Made by a program: the position numbers and the translations under genes. Below, piece by piece: positions 63,122 to 64,000 of a stretch of 64,000 nt of DNA (the first letter of the stretch is position 1; each line of letters begins with the position of its first letter). This DNA comes from an uncultured Mycoplasmatota bacterium (GTDB lineage: Bacteria; Bacillota_I; Bacilli_A; RF39; UBA660). The stretch lies in contig URPE01000003.1 in the NCBI GenBank assembly GCA_900549625.1, forward strand, positions 23,107 to 87,106, read 5' to 3'. A model generated the notes under the pieces. The model was not told the origin of the DNA, did not search any database, and was given only the letters and a program-made list of their open reading frames with translations.

Positions 63122-64000
63122 TTATTTTTTTACTGGAAACATAAAGTCAATTTCTGAAATACCTTTAGTACTAATTTTCTTATAAACTTTCGGAACCGTA
63201 TCATTATATAAGGTATATTCTCCATCTACTTCACCATTACTAGTTAAACCATGTTGATGAAAAGCAAATATTTCTTTTAAACTTATTTCATCTCCATTAA
63301 AACTCTCTAATTCACTAATACTAGTAATTTTTCTTTTACCATCACTCATTCTCTCAATATTTATAACTAAGTCAATAGCACTTACAATATACTCTCTAAT
63401 TGCTTTAATAGGAATATCAAGTCCACTCATCAAAACCATAGTTTCTAGTCTGTTTAACGCATCCCGTGCCCCATTTGCATGTAGTGTTGTTAAAGACCCT
63501 TCATGACCTGTATTCATCGCTTGTAACATATCAAATGCTTCTTTTCCACGTACCTCACCTACTATTATACGATCAGGCCGCATCCGTAGGGCATTAATAA
63601 CTAAATCCCTAATTGTTACTTCTCCTTCATTATCATAATTAGTTACTCTAGTTTCAAGGGAAATTACATGTTCTTTTTCCATTTTAAGTTCAGCCGCATC
63701 TTCTATTGTAATAATACGTTCATTATCTGGAATAAAGCCACTCAAAACATTTAAAAGAGTTGTTTTACCAGAACCAGTTCCACCACAAACAATAATATTA
63801 CACTTACCTCGTACAGCTGCCTCTAAAAATGTCGCCATATAAGGAGTCATAGAACCAATTCTTATCATATCATCTGGTGTAGCCATTGAAGGCTTAAACT
63901 TACGAATTGTAATAACTGGTCCTTTAGTAGAAAGTGGTGGTATTATAGCATTAATACGTGACCCATCTTTTAGTCTTGAATCAACCATTGGGTTTGTCGC
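63122..64000 (-). CDS. CpaF/TadA-type secretion ATPase (VirB11 superfamily), N-terminus outside the window
   Basis: Walker A ([10 protein letters not shown]), Asp box ([12 protein letters not shown]), Walker B-like ([11 protein letters not shown]) and His box ([12 protein letters not shown]). The frame is open to the window edge. Confidence 0.85.
   Translation of the reverse strand, partial: ATNPMVDSRLKDGSRINAIIPPLSTKGPVITIRKFKPSMATPDDMIRIGSMTPYMATFLEAAVRGKCNIIVCGGTGSGKTTLLNVLSGFIPDNERIITIEDAAELKMEKEHVISLETRVTNYDNEGEVTIRDLVINALRMRPDRIIVGEVRGKEAFDMLQAMNTGHEGSLTTLHANGARDALNRLETMVLMSGLDIPIKAIREYIVSAIDLVINIERMSDGKRKITSISELESFNGDEISLKEIFAFHQHGLTSNGEVDGEYTLYNDTVPKVYKKISTKGISEIDFMFPVKK

Noticed and set aside
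1-64000. A search by eye for CRISPR arrays, rRNA and tRNA genes.
   Set aside because: No regularly spaced direct repeats of 25-40 bp were seen. No GC-rich structured segments resembling tRNA or rRNA appeared in the intergenic regions. Coding density leaves little room for them.

Overview
This is an AT-rich, Bacillota-type sequence, and almost every gene lies on the minus strand. All functional calls come from motif recognition by eye. No database or HMM search was run.

- **About 1-26.4 kb:** a conjugation / type IV secretion module. It includes a VirB4-like ATPase, a VirD4-type coupling protein, PrgI/VirB3-like, VirB6-like and small pilin-like proteins, a CHAP cell-wall hydrolase, a CHC2-Toprim primase, an orphan DNA methyltransferase, and two surface proteins of about 1100 aa. 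No relaxase is visible, and the left end of the element runs off the window.
- **26.6-37.4 kb:** cargo genes arranged as five cassettes. Each is preceded by a strong extended -10 promoter flanked by 13-14 bp perfect inverted repeats. Four promoters point away from their gene, and one with mirrored architecture points into its operon (two membrane proteins, an amidoligase and a gamma-glutamylcyclotransferase). A tyrosine recombinase gene lies immediately beside that fifth switch. I read this as an array of candidate invertible promoters (phase-variable cargo). It is the most interesting structure in the window.
- **38.8-54.6 kb:** accessory and regulatory genes. These include XRE regulators, a two-component system with an ABC transporter, a lipoprotein, small paralogous ORFs, a CAP-domain protein, a sigma-like protein, a cold-shock protein, a MazF-like toxin, and a DnaD/HTH replication-initiator-like protein.
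- **Recurring palindrome:** the 18-bp sequence TGTCTACAATAGTAGACA occurs six times (2.4, 10.3 and 52.4-53.3 kb). It links the conjugation genes to a regulatory hub.
- **54.7-58.7 kb:** a complete valS of the non-bacterial HIGH-region type sits directly behind a 5' remnant of a bacterial-type valS. Both lie downstream of a T-box leader.
- **58.7-64 kb:** a Tad/Com-like pilus operon. One large gene in it is interrupted by a G9 homopolymer tract.

No rRNA, tRNA or CRISPR array was seen.
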